Assembly (NCBI GenBank): GCA_009908915.1
Contig: JAAAOJ010000018.1
Location: 6,282 to 70,281, forward strand
DNA: 64,000 nucleotides
DNA from: Planctomycetota bacterium
Lineage (GTDB): Bacteria; Planctomycetota; Phycisphaerae; SM23-33
Direction of reading: 5' to 3'
Shown here: in pieces, positions 1 to 9,746 of the stretch
Numbering within the stretch: the first letter of the stretch is position 1
Layout: every line of letters starts with the position of its first letter
The notes under the pieces: model-generated
What the model saw: the letters and a program-made list of their open reading frames with translations, nothing else
Told to the model about the DNA's origin: nothing
Databases searched by the model: none
Program-made: the position numbers and the translations under genes

Positions 1-110
1 CAAGGCCGAGGAATATGCCGAAACGTATTGTGGCCCAACAGGGAAGACAACCGGCTGCTAAAGCAAACGTCAGGTGGTGAGAGAATTTCTGAACACCCCT
101 GGAGACCCGC

Positions 111-1091
<981 letters not shown>

Positions 1092-1248
1092 CGTCGCAGA
1101 GTCGAACGTCTGCCGGACGCCATGCCGGCTCCGCGCTTCGCCTTATCTGGCTCCGCAGGACAAGCCGCTGTGATGCTCTTGTCGACGCTTCACGATTCCT
1201 GCAACAGAACCTACCGCCGCCCGCGACCGGTCTGCTATGCTCTAGGCA

Positions 1249-2028
1249 ATGGCGCACGACGACGACATGCCGCGAATGACGCTGGGTGAGCACCTCGATG
1301 AGTTTCGCTGGCGGCTGATCTACGCTCTCGTCGGCCTGGCCGTCGCCATGGGCGTCTGTCTGGCATTCGGGCAGTGGATTCTCGCCCAACTGCGATGGCC
1401 ATACACGAAGGTGATGGCCGACCTCGGCCGCGACGCGCCACTGCAGGTGCTCGGAGCGACGCAGGGCTTCATCATCTACCTGAAGGTATCGCTGATCGGC
1501 GGGCTGATACTCTCGGCCCCGTGGGGCTTCTACCAGATGTGGATGTTCGTCGGCGCCGGACTCTACCCGCACGAGCGCCGGTGGATCCTGCTGGCCGTGC
1601 CGTTTTCCGCGCTGCTGTTTGTCGGCGGGGCGCTGTTCTACCTGTATCTGGTCTCCGTGCCGCTGCTGCGATTCTTCCTGACGTTCAATGACTACCTCGG
1701 CATCGATACACACGTGACGCTGCAGAATCATATCACGTTGATGGTGAATATGATGCTGGCCTTCGCAACGGGGTTCCAGTTGCCAATCGTGCTGGGAATT
1801 CTCGGGGCGACCGGACTGGTCAGCGCCCGCACGGTCGGGAGGTATCGGCGGCATGCGATTGTGGGAATGGTAATCTTCGCGGCCCTGGTGACCTCGCCGA
1901 GCCCGGTCGATCAGATCATGCTGGCCGTGCCGATGTACGTGCTGTTCGAACTGGGCGCGCTGCTGGTGTGGATACAGGACCGCAAGCGCGCGGGCGCACA
2001 ACAGACGGACGAAGCGTCGGATGGCTGA
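1249..2028 (+). CDS. tatC: twin-arginine translocase subunit TatC
   Basis: 259 aa. N-terminal TatC signature MTLGEHLDEFRWRLIYALV followed by multiple hydrophobic segments. tatA is adjacent. Confidence 0.9.
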   Translation: MAHDDDMPRMTLGEHLDEFRWRLIYALVGLAVAMGVCLAFGQWILAQLRWPYTKVMADLGRDAPLQVLGATQGFIIYLKVSLIGGLILSAPWGFYQMWMFVGAGLYPHERRWILLAVPFSALLFVGGALFYLYLVSVPLLRFFLTFNDYLGIDTHVTLQNHITLMVNMMLAFATGFQLPIVLGILGATGLVSARTVGRYRRHAIVGMVIFAALVTSPSPVDQIMLAVPMYVLFELGALLVWIQDRKRAGAQQTDEASDG

Positions 2029-2107
2029 GAAACGAAGAAAGGCGCGTCGTCGAAGACTCGACACAGCCTGCCGCGACAATCGCGCCGCAGCCTCGTCGCA
2101 CCAGTCC

Positions 2108-2174
2108 TCTCGCCGTCCGTTTTTGACATGGATCGCGTCGCGAGGTCGAAGCACCTCTTATAGACAGGCTGCTA
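2108..2174 (+). repeat. short (internally deleted) copy of the MITE-like intergenic element family (copy A)
   Basis: cgccgtccgtttttgac + atggatcgcgtcgcgaggtcgaagcac + tatagacaggctgcta matches the two ends and the start of the core of the long copies at 13.7, 29.8, 49.2 and 63.4 kb. Confidence 0.6.
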
Positions 2175-2471
2175 ACCGTTGTTCTCGTCAGACACTTTTG
2201 TTTCGGACGTGTCCGTTGAGGCGGAAGCGGCTTCGTCGTCCTTCGGAGCGGGCTCGTCGGTGATGGCCTTCTTGACGTCGTCGGCTTCGGCCTCGATGCC
2301 ACGCATCTCTTCCTTGAACCCCCGCAGTCCCTTGGCCAGACCGCGTGCCAGTTCGGGCAACTTTCGGCCGCCGAACAGCAGCAGAACCACCAGGGCGATG
2401 ATGACCCATTCCCACGTGCCGGGCATGGTGAATGCCGGCGTCGACAGACCTGTCAGATCGCTCACGAGCAT
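2172..2471 (-). CDS. tatA: twin-arginine translocase subunit TatA/E
   Basis: 99 aa. TM plus amphipathic helix WEWVIIALVVLLLFGGRKLPELARGLAKGLRGFKEEM, then an acidic tail. GGAG lies 8 nt before the start at 2471. An internal start at 2426 is possible. Confidence 0.85.
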   Translation of the reverse strand: MLVSDLTGLSTPAFTMPGTWEWVIIALVVLLLFGGRKLPELARGLAKGLRGFKEEMRGIEAEADDVKKAITDEPAPKDDEAASASTDTSETKVSDENNG

Positions 2472-2580
2472 CGTTGGTCTCCGTTAAGGACCGTGCCGAT
2501 CGCATCGACACAACCTCTATCATACGAAGCCGTCGACCGTATGCACAGGAAAAGTTACGGCCTACGGTATCGGCAGACTG

Positions 2581-2618
2581 TCAAACAAGAATCCCATGGC
2601 CTCGCCCGCCGCCATGGG
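2581..2618 (-). terminator. candidate intrinsic terminator downstream of the Zn-ADH gene
   Basis: Perfect 8-bp stem CCCATGGC/GCCATGGG (2593-2618). On the minus strand it is followed by ATTCTTGTTT. Confidence 0.4.
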
Positions 2619-2657
2619 CTGCTTGCGTCTTGCCCGCACTAGGTTATCCTCTTTGCC

Positions 2658-3698
2658 TCAGGCCCGAATCTCGATCATGGCCTTGACGGCATTATCGTTG
2701 TAGTCGGCGACAATGTCGAAGATCTCTGCCGTTTCGTCCAGGTCGACGCGATGCGTGACCATGGGATCCAGGTTCACCTCGCCGGCGGCGACGAGTTTGA
2801 CGGCCGGCTCGACGCACTGGTTCTGTCGACGGACGTTCTGGATGGTCAGTTCGTGGCGGCGCATCGAGGCGACTTCGAAGCTCACGCGGTCGACCTCCGG
2901 AATGCCCACTACCGCAAGCGTGCAGCCGGGCTTGAGGAGCTTGACGCCCTCGTTGAGCGTGGATTGCTCGCCGGCGGCTTCCACGCAGGCATCCACGCCG
3001 TTGGGCTCGGCCTGGAGGATCTCGGCGACGATGTCCTGCCTGTTCGGGTTGCCGGTCCAGGTGGCGCCCATCTGCCCGGCGAGTTCCGCGCGGTTGTCCC
3101 GGATATCGGTCATGTACACAGCCCGGGCGCCGGCGGCCCTGGCGGCCAGCAGCACACACAGGCCGATCGGCCCCGATCCGAGGATGGCGAGACTCTTGCC
3201 GGCCACGTCGCCGGCGAGCTTCTGCGCGTAGAGGCCGATGCTGAAGGGCTCGATCAGAGCGGCCTGCTCGCACGTCACGCCGCCCGGAACGGGTGTGCAA
3301 CTGGCGGCGGGCATGACAATGCGCTCGCACAGGCAGCCGTCCGCCTGGCCGGGACAGCCAAGGAACGCCTGGTTCCGGCACGTGTGCTCGCGGCCGGCGC
3401 GGCACTGGTCGCACTCGCCGCACGAGATCAGCGGATCGACGGCCACCACGTCGCCCTCGCTCAGGCCTTCCACGACCGTGCCGGTCTTCAACACGCATCC
3501 GGCACATTCGTGCCCGACGCGATAGGGGAACTGGACGACCTGTTCACCGATGCGGCCGGTGCGGTAGTAGTGCATGTCGCTGCCGCAGACGCCTACCGTC
3601 AGCACGTCCAGCAGGACGTCGGTGTCCTTTTCGAGTGTCGGCTCCGGCACGTCGCGAACCTCGACCTCGCGGATGCCGGTCAGTAATGCAGCTTTCAT
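2658..3698 (-). CDS. zinc-dependent alcohol/polyol dehydrogenase (MDR family, sorbitol/threonine dehydrogenase-like)
   Basis: Has the GHECAG catalytic Zn motif, the structural Zn cluster CGECDQCRAGREHTC and the nucleotide motif ILGSGPIGL. Start moved to MKAALL (3698) within ORF 2658..3746. Confidence 0.85.
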   Translation of the reverse strand: MKAALLTGIREVEVRDVPEPTLEKDTDVLLDVLTVGVCGSDMHYYRTGRIGEQVVQFPYRVGHECAGCVLKTGTVVEGLSEGDVVAVDPLISCGECDQCRAGREHTCRNQAFLGCPGQADGCLCERIVMPAASCTPVPGGVTCEQAALIEPFSIGLYAQKLAGDVAGKSLAILGSGPIGLCVLLAARAAGARAVYMTDIRDNRAELAGQMGATWTGNPNRQDIVAEILQAEPNGVDACVEAAGEQSTLNEGVKLLKPGCTLAVVGIPEVDRVSFEVASMRRHELTIQNVRRQNQCVEPAVKLVAAGEVNLDPMVTHRVDLDETAEIFDIVADYNDNAVKAMIEIRA

Positions 3699-3783
3699 GA
3701 TCACTCCTTCCGCCAACAGCATACGCCCGGCCGCCAGCGGATGCACCTTGATTCACCTAGATGGTTCGGTCATCATGACCGCC

Positions 3784-4584
3784 ATGCGAATTGTGGTTCC
3801 CATCAAGCAGGTGCCGGAAACCAACGCCGTCCGCATGGACGAGGAGACCGGCACAATGATCCGCGAGGGCGTCGAGGCCGTCGTCAACCCCCTGGACCTC
3901 TACGCCATCGAGGCCGCCCTGCAACGTCGCGAAGCCTGCGGCGAAGGAAAGATCATCGCCCTTTCGATGGGCCCACCCAAAGCCGCTATCGCCCTCCGCG
4001 AGGCCATCGCCATGGGGCTGGACTCCGGCGTGCTGCTAAGTGACACGCGCTTCGCCGGCGCCGACACCTGGGCCACCAGCTACGTGCTCGCTGCGGCGAT
4101 CCGCAAGCTCGGCGAGGTGGACCTGATCCTGTGCGGCGAGCGCGCTACCGACGGCGATACCGGCCAGGTCGGCCCGGGCATTGCAGCCTGGCTGGACCTG
4201 CCCGTAGCGACCTACGTCGGCGGCATCGCCGGCTTCGCCGACGGCGTGCTGACCTGCCGCCGCCTCGTCGAGGGCGGCCACGAACTGCTGGACGTGCAGT
4301 TGCCCGCCGTGGTGACGGTGGTCAAGGAAGTGGCCGCGCCGCGCCTGCCGACCCTCCGCGGCAAACAGCGATCCAGGCAAAGTGACATCCCAACCTGCAG
4401 CGCGGACGATCTTGATGTGGAGGAAAGCAACCTCGGCCTGGCCGGCTCGCCAACCCGCGTCGTGAAGATCTTCAGGCCGAGCGTCGCCCGCCAATGCGAA
4501 ACCCTTCGGCCCCGCGACGAGAGCGAACTGGCCGAGGCCTGCGACCGGATCGTCGAGTTCCTGCAACACAAGGAGCTTGTATAG
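3784..4584 (+). CDS. etfB: electron transfer flavoprotein beta subunit (EtfB/FixA)
   Basis: MRIVVPIKQVPETNAVRMDEETG... is a typical EtfB N-terminus, and LILCGERATDGDTGQVGP is present. An alternative start exists at 3775. The long N-terminal part of ORF 3574..4584 overlaps the divergent ADH gene. Confidence 0.85.
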   Translation: MRIVVPIKQVPETNAVRMDEETGTMIREGVEAVVNPLDLYAIEAALQRREACGEGKIIALSMGPPKAAIALREAIAMGLDSGVLLSDTRFAGADTWATSYVLAAAIRKLGEVDLILCGERATDGDTGQVGPGIAAWLDLPVATYVGGIAGFADGVLTCRRLVEGGHELLDVQLPAVVTVVKEVAAPRLPTLRGKQRSRQSDIPTCSADDLDVEESNLGLAGSPTRVVKIFRPSVARQCETLRPRDESELAEACDRIVEFLQHKELV

Positions 4585-4596
4585 GGCAAACTCCAA

Positions 4597-5122
4597 ATGC
4601 CAACTGACAACCAACAACAAGTGAATACGAATGAAGACAATGGGAGCGAAAAGCCGTTCGACATGGAACAACGGACGTTGCTCTTTGCCGCAACCGCTCG
4701 AAGCGTCGTCAGGACATCGCCGAGGACGATCGCGAACCAGGAGGACGGTCGCCAGTTGATCCGGTCGTCCGGATCTGTTGGGGCGAACTATGTCGAGGCT
4801 AACCAAGCTCCCGGCAAGACAAACGCAAAGTACCGGTTACGCATCGCCGGCAAGAAATGCAAGGAAGACGCCTCCCTCAAAAGTCGGGTGCGCGGAAAAC
4901 CAGAACGATTTTTCAACGCACGCAAACAACGAAGTTATGTCACGAAAACGGTGCTGATCGGCGCTTCCTCGGATTTCTGAGGGAGGTGTCAAGGAAAGTC
5001 GATCCTGGCTGCGGCTGGTTTCGACGGATGGAAACGCGACGATGGATGCCGAAGGAGATGGGCTTGTCCAGGAAGCGACGGAACTGCTGCGTATCCTCGG
5101 CTCGATGATCAACAAGGCATAG
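4597..5122 (+). pseudogene. four-helix-bundle protein (23S rRNA intervening-sequence protein family), interrupted by a 124-bp insertion
   Basis: The N-part in frame 1 (FDMEQRTLLF...GRQLIRSSGSVGANYVEANQ...RIAGKKCKE) and the C-part in frame 2 (SRSWLRLVSTDG...EATELLRILGSMINKA*) join seamlessly when 130 nt (4867..4996) are removed. Confidence 0.75.
4867..4990. mobile_element. 124-bp MITE with imperfect terminal inverted repeats and a 6-7 bp target-site duplication
   Basis: Left end is gacgcctccctcaaaagtcggg. The reverse complement of the right end is gacacctccctcagaaatccga (17/22 identical, 12/13 at the tip). Flanked by (c)aaggaa at 4860-4866 and 4990-4996. No coding capacity. Confidence 0.7.
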
Positions 5123-5190
5123 GCCTCTGTTCTGTTTTTGCGTTTTGAGTGTTGTTTGCAGGTTGTTTCTTGAAGTTCGCAATCTACTCC

Positions 5191-6192
5191 ATGCACGATC
5201 ACAATAACATCTGGATTCTTGCCGAGCAACGCGACGGCCGCGTGCTGCGCGTCAGCCACGAGCTGATTACGCGCGGTCGCGATCTCGCCGCAAAACGTGG
5301 CGGTGAACTGACGGCCGCCATCTTCGGCAACGCCATCGACGCTGCCGATCTGCAGGGCCTGATCGACCGCGGGTGCGACCGCGTGATCGCCATGGAGGCC
5401 GAGGCGCTGGAGCACTTTCTCGTCGAGCCCTTCGCCCGATGCCTGCAGCGGTTGATCGAGAGCCGAAAGCCTGAAATCCTCCTCGCCGCGGCGACCACCA
5501 CCGGCCGGACGCTTCTGCCGTACGTGGCCATCAAGGTCAATGCCGGCCTGACCGCCGACTGCACGGTGCTGGACATCGAGGACGAGACGGGCAACCTGCT
5601 TCAGACCCGCCCTGCCATCGGCGGAAACATTCTCGCGACGATCAAGACGCCCAACCACCGCCCGCAGATGGCCACTGTCCGACCGCGCAGCACCAAGCCC
5701 GCACCCGTCCTGGCGGAACGCCGCTCGGGCGTGATCGAACGCCTGCCCGCGCCGGCCGATCTGCTCGACAGCCGTATCACGCGTACCGGCTTCGAGCCGC
5801 TCGACGAGACGACCCGTCTGGAAGACGCCGACCGCGTGGTCTGCTGCGGTCGCGGCATCAAGAAAGGCGAGAACCTTTCGCTGATCGAGGACCTGGCCGA
5901 GCAGCTCGACGCGGCCGTGGGCGCCACGCGTGACGTCGTCGATCGCGGCTGGCTGAGTTATCCGCATCAGATCGGCCTGTCCGGCAAAACCGTCGCGCCG
6001 GCTGTCTACCTCGGCGCGGGCGTCTCGGGCAGTATCCAGCACCTCGCGGGGATGCAGACGGCCGAGACCATCATCGTCATCAACTCCGACCCGGAGGCCC
6101 AGCTCTTCCGCGTCGCCGACATCGGCATTGTCGCCAGCCTCTTCGACGTCCTGCCCGTTCTGACCAAGACGCTGCGGGCGGCCAAGGAGTGA
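5191..6192 (+). CDS. etfA: electron transfer flavoprotein alpha subunit (EtfA/FixB)
   Basis: 334 aa starting at MHDHNNIWILAEQRDG. C-terminal FAD-binding region GISGSIQHLAGM-type (GAGVSGSIQHLAGMQTAETIIVINSDPEA). Confidence 0.9.
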   Translation: MHDHNNIWILAEQRDGRVLRVSHELITRGRDLAAKRGGELTAAIFGNAIDAADLQGLIDRGCDRVIAMEAEALEHFLVEPFARCLQRLIESRKPEILLAAATTTGRTLLPYVAIKVNAGLTADCTVLDIEDETGNLLQTRPAIGGNILATIKTPNHRPQMATVRPRSTKPAPVLAERRSGVIERLPAPADLLDSRITRTGFEPLDETTRLEDADRVVCCGRGIKKGENLSLIEDLAEQLDAAVGATRDVVDRGWLSYPHQIGLSGKTVAPAVYLGAGVSGSIQHLAGMQTAETIIVINSDPEAQLFRVADIGIVASLFDVLPVLTKTLRAAKE

Positions 6193-6333
6193 TGGCACGG
6201 CCGCTCGACGGTTGTATAATGCCGCTTGCCTTGTCATGCGGATGAAACCGCTTGCCGTCGCTGCGCCGCCAACACGTGAGCACGTCATCCATGAGATTCG
6301 CCAGTTCCTTGACCGGACGGATCGCGAGCCAAT

Positions 6334-7761
6334 ATGAATGAGTCCAGCTTCAACCCCGTCACCGACACCATCGTCGACGAGCTGCGCGACATCGTCGGGC
6401 CGAGTTACGTCGTCTACGGTGATGCCGACAAGCTCCAACCCTACAGCCACGACGAGATTCCCGACCGCCACTATGCCCACATGCCGGACGTTCTGGCCAG
6501 GCCACGAACGGCGGAGGACATCGCGGCTGTCATGAAGCTGGCCAATCGGGACCGCATTGCCGTCACGCCGCGGGGGGCGGGCAGCGGCCTGTCCGGCGGG
6601 GCCGTGCCGATCCATGGCGGCATCGTCCTGCTGTGCGACCGCATGAACGAGATCCTGGAGGTCGACGAGGCCAATATGATGCTGGTGGCCGAACCGGGCG
6701 TGGTCACCGCCGAGATCAACGAACGCCTCGCCGGAACCGGCCTGTTCTACGCGGGCTACCCGATGAGTCTGGAGACGTGCTCCCTCGGCGGGAACGTGGC
6801 CGAGAACGCCGGCGGCGGCAAGGCCGTCAAATACGGCGTGACCAGCCGCTACGTCCTCGGTCTTGAAGTCGTCACGCCGACCGGCGAAATCGTCCAGCTC
6901 GGCGGCAAGCTCATCAAGGACGTGACCGGCTATAGCCTGGTGCCGTTGATGCTCGGCAGCGAGGGAACGCTGGGTATTTTCACGAAGATCACGCTGAAGC
7001 TCAGCCCCGCGCCGCGAAGCAGCGTGGATCTGCTGGCGCTGTTCAAGACGGCCGAGGACGCCATCGCCGCCGTGCCGACGATCATGACCGAAGGCGGCAT
7101 CGTGCCGACGGCCATTGAATTCATCGACCGCAACGCGGTCAAGCTGGCCTGCGATTACCTCAACGAGACGCTGCCTTACCAGGACGCAGGGGCCATGCTG
7201 CTGCTGACGTGCGACGGTCCGACGACCGAACAGGTCGAGCGCGAGTACGAGGCCATCGGCGAGCAATGCCTGGCCGCCGGGGGCATCGAAGTCTATGTCG
7301 CCGATAACGCCACGACGACGGAGCGCATCTGGTCAGTGCGCCGCAATATCGCCGAAGCCGCCGCGCTGCTGGGCGAACACCAGGCCAACGAGGACCTCGT
7401 GGTTCCGCCGGCGGCTATTGCGGAACTGGTTCTGGGCCTGGAGGCGATCAGCCGGAAGCATGACGTATTCATGCCGGCCTACGGACACGCGGGGGACGGC
7501 AATATCCACACACGCATCATCAAGCGCCCCGAGACGTCCATCGAGGACTGGCAGGCCGCCCTGCCCGGCGTACTCCGTGAGGTGTACACATTGACGGCCC
7601 GTCTGGGCGGGAGGATTTCCGGCGAGCACGGCATCGGGCACAAGCGAAAGGCCCACATGGGACAGTTCGTCTCGGAGGCCTACCTCGATCTCTGCCGATC
7701 ACTCAAGAAAGCCTGGGATCCCAACGGCGTGCTGAATCCCGGCAAGATCTTCGACCTGTAG
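6334..7761 (+). CDS. FAD-linked oxidase (GlcD / D-lactate dehydrogenase-like)
   Basis: 475 aa with a PCMH-type FAD-binding region (VTPRGAGSGLSGGAVP). C-terminal part reads ISGEHGIGHKRKAHM ... KKAWDPNGVLNPGKIF, typical of the GlcD/Dld family. Confidence 0.85.
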   Translation: MNESSFNPVTDTIVDELRDIVGPSYVVYGDADKLQPYSHDEIPDRHYAHMPDVLARPRTAEDIAAVMKLANRDRIAVTPRGAGSGLSGGAVPIHGGIVLLCDRMNEILEVDEANMMLVAEPGVVTAEINERLAGTGLFYAGYPMSLETCSLGGNVAENAGGGKAVKYGVTSRYVLGLEVVTPTGEIVQLGGKLIKDVTGYSLVPLMLGSEGTLGIFTKITLKLSPAPRSSVDLLALFKTAEDAIAAVPTIMTEGGIVPTAIEFIDRNAVKLACDYLNETLPYQDAGAMLLLTCDGPTTEQVEREYEAIGEQCLAAGGIEVYVADNATTTERIWSVRRNIAEAAALLGEHQANEDLVVPPAAIAELVLGLEAISRKHDVFMPAYGHAGDGNIHTRIIKRPETSIEDWQAALPGVLREVYTLTARLGGRISGEHGIGHKRKAHMGQFVSEAYLDLCRSLKKAWDPNGVLNPGKIFDL

Positions 7762-7829
7762 CGACGCTCCCGCGGCCTGCGCATCTGCCGTATCATACGC
7801 GTTCCAATAGACACTTGTGCGACATGATC

Positions 7830-7861
7830 GCGGTGCAGCACCTGCTGTACCGCGTTTTCTT
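7830..7861 (+). terminator. candidate intrinsic terminator after the FAD oxidase gene
   Basis: Stem GCGGTGCAGCA / TGCTGTACCGC (one G-U pair), loop CC, followed by GTTTTCTT. Confidence 0.5.
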
Positions 7862-7918
7862 AAGACAGCAGGCGGCAGAGCAGGCGCTGCGGCGCCCACG
7901 TGATAATCGAAACGCGTA

Positions 7919-9130
7919 TCAGACATCGAGAATCCGACGGTAGCCGTCCGGCAGCGGTGCGTCGGGCGCCGACGGCGCGATGAGCGTTGCCGAGAGTTCC
8001 GGCGGCAGCGGCAGCGGACCGGTGGCAAGTTCCTCGGCCACCGCGTTGTTCCGATTGGCCATCAGGTCGCCCATGATGCACTGCCGTCGCGGTCGCCGGA
8101 AGCGGTCGGCCATGCCCTGCCAGATCTCGCCGAGCGGCTGCCGCGTGACATTGCCGAAACTCATCGGCGTCAGGTCGCACGGGCACAACTCGCCGTGGGC
8201 GTCAACGAACAGATGGTGGAAGCCCGCCCCACAGCCGAAGCAGTGCTCGCCCTCCATGTAGGCGAAGCTCAGCACGGCCGGGTCGTCGCCGCGGCGGTTG
8301 TGGCGGGCCTGGAAGTCGCTCAGCCGCCGCCGTTCGGGCTCGTCGAGCATGAACGCCTCGCAGCCGGCCTTGCTGCCGGTAGCCACCGGCGCGAGCAGGC
8401 GCAGCTCGCCGACACCCCACTCGCGGGCCATCTCGTAGATCGCATCGAGCCCCTCGCCGTTGAGCTTGTCGTGCGTGGCAACGGTCGACAGGGCCGTGTA
8501 GATTCCCGCCTGACGGCAGGCCTCCACGGCGAAGCTCGCCGCGGCGAAGCTGTTCTCGCCCTCGCCGCAGGCGCGCAGGCGGTTGTGCTCGTCGGGGTCC
8601 GCCGACTCGATACCCACCGTCACGCAGTCGCAGCCAGCCTCGGCGAGGCGGTCGGCCTCCCGGCTGCCGAGTTGTACGCCGGAGGTGAAGACGATCGTCG
8701 CCATCTCCGGGCCGGCCGCCGCGACGAGCCGTGGCAGGTCGCTTCGCAGCACCGGCTCGCCCCCGGTAAAGCCGACGATGCACGTGCCGAGTCGCCTCAA
8801 TTCCTCGATCACGTCCAGCCACTGCTGCGTGGTGAGTTCCTCGGCGTCGGTCCGGCCGGCGTGGCTGCAATGGGGGCAGTCGAACGGGCACTCGGCGGTT
8901 ACGGCCAGGTAGGCGCTGGTGGGCACGCGTCGGCCCCGGCGGATCGCACGCGTGGCGGCAATGAACCGGTCGAAGGCGTTTGACGGATATGGCGGAAAGA
9001 ACGTGTTGACCCACACGCGGCCGTCGTGTTTCTGGAGTTGGAAGTCGCGGCGACGACTCCACAGCCAGGCCAGATGCGGGGCCGGCACGGCCCGGGCCAT
9101 CCGCATCAACATCCGCGGCCACTCAAGCAT
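7919..9130 (-). CDS. radical SAM protein with C-terminal SPASM/twitch-like Cys cluster
   Basis: CxxxCxxC motif CPFDCPHC, GGEP motif (FTGGEPVL) and a C-terminal CFGCGAGFHHLFVDAHGELCPC. Start set at MLEWPRML (9130) with AAGGAG upstream. The rest of ORF 7919..9532 overlaps the next gene. Confidence 0.8.
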   Translation of the reverse strand: MLEWPRMLMRMARAVPAPHLAWLWSRRRDFQLQKHDGRVWVNTFFPPYPSNAFDRFIAATRAIRRGRRVPTSAYLAVTAECPFDCPHCSHAGRTDAEELTTQQWLDVIEELRRLGTCIVGFTGGEPVLRSDLPRLVAAAGPEMATIVFTSGVQLGSREADRLAEAGCDCVTVGIESADPDEHNRLRACGEGENSFAAASFAVEACRQAGIYTALSTVATHDKLNGEGLDAIYEMAREWGVGELRLLAPVATGSKAGCEAFMLDEPERRRLSDFQARHNRRGDDPAVLSFAYMEGEHCFGCGAGFHHLFVDAHGELCPCDLTPMSFGNVTRQPLGEIWQGMADRFRRPRRQCIMGDLMANRNNAVAEELATGPLPLPPELSATLIAPSAPDAPLPDGYRRILDV

Positions 9131-9620
9131 ACTCCTTCTCTCCCTCACCGAGCAGTGCCTGCCAGATGCCCGCCAGTATCCCGCCGCACAGCAGCCCCAC
9201 CACAGCCGCACACGCCAGCGACAGCCCGCCAACGGCAACGATGTGTTCCCGGGCTCGCAGGATCGGCGTCGCGTCGCCCCCCATCGCACGGTCGACCAGC
9301 GGCCAGGTATGCGGCCACCACAACATGAACATCCCAAAGGCGGCCGCGACGATGCCCCAGACCACGCCGGCCCGCGTGAGTTCGCGTTCCGGATCGCGCC
9401 GCAGGGCCGCCCCCACGCGCCACCGCCACAACAGTCCGCCGATTGCCCCGCCGATGCCCGCCGAATGCGACGGCGCACTGCCAAGCCCCGCCAGCATCGA
9501 CCCGCTGACCACGCCGGCCGTCGCGCCCGCACCCACCGCGATCAGCCACATCGCCCGCGCGATGCCCGCCTCCCGTCGCTTGGCCTTGTCGGTTTCGGTC
9601 GTCTCCGGCAATTCACTCAT
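9123..9620 (-). CDS. hypothetical integral membrane protein
   Basis: 165 aa from MSELPETTE with about four Gly/Ala-rich hydrophobic segments. Its stop overlaps the radical SAM start by 8 nt, which suggests co-translation. Confidence 0.5.
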   Translation of the reverse strand: MSELPETTETDKAKRREAGIARAMWLIAVGAGATAGVVSGSMLAGLGSAPSHSAGIGGAIGGLLWRWRVGAALRRDPERELTRAGVVWGIVAAAFGMFMLWWPHTWPLVDRAMGGDATPILRAREHIVAVGGLSLACAAVVGLLCGGILAGIWQALLGEGEKEYA

Positions 9621-9746
9621 GGAATCATCGTACTTCTCCGCAGGCCGACCCGCAAGCAGCGATCGGAGCGTCAAAAACGGCTCGTGCCGAAGCCTGACGT
9701 ATACGCTGTATGTACAGGGTGTTACAGCAGCGTGGACACTAGACGC

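Noticed and set aside
4837-7266. 809-aa ORF on the minus strand spanning etfA and the FAD oxidase gene
   Set aside because: It is antisense to two genes with clear family motifs. Its translation is Arg/Ala/Gly/Asp-rich low-information sequence typical of high-GC shadow ORFs, and it runs through the low-GC four-helix-bundle region without any homology signal.
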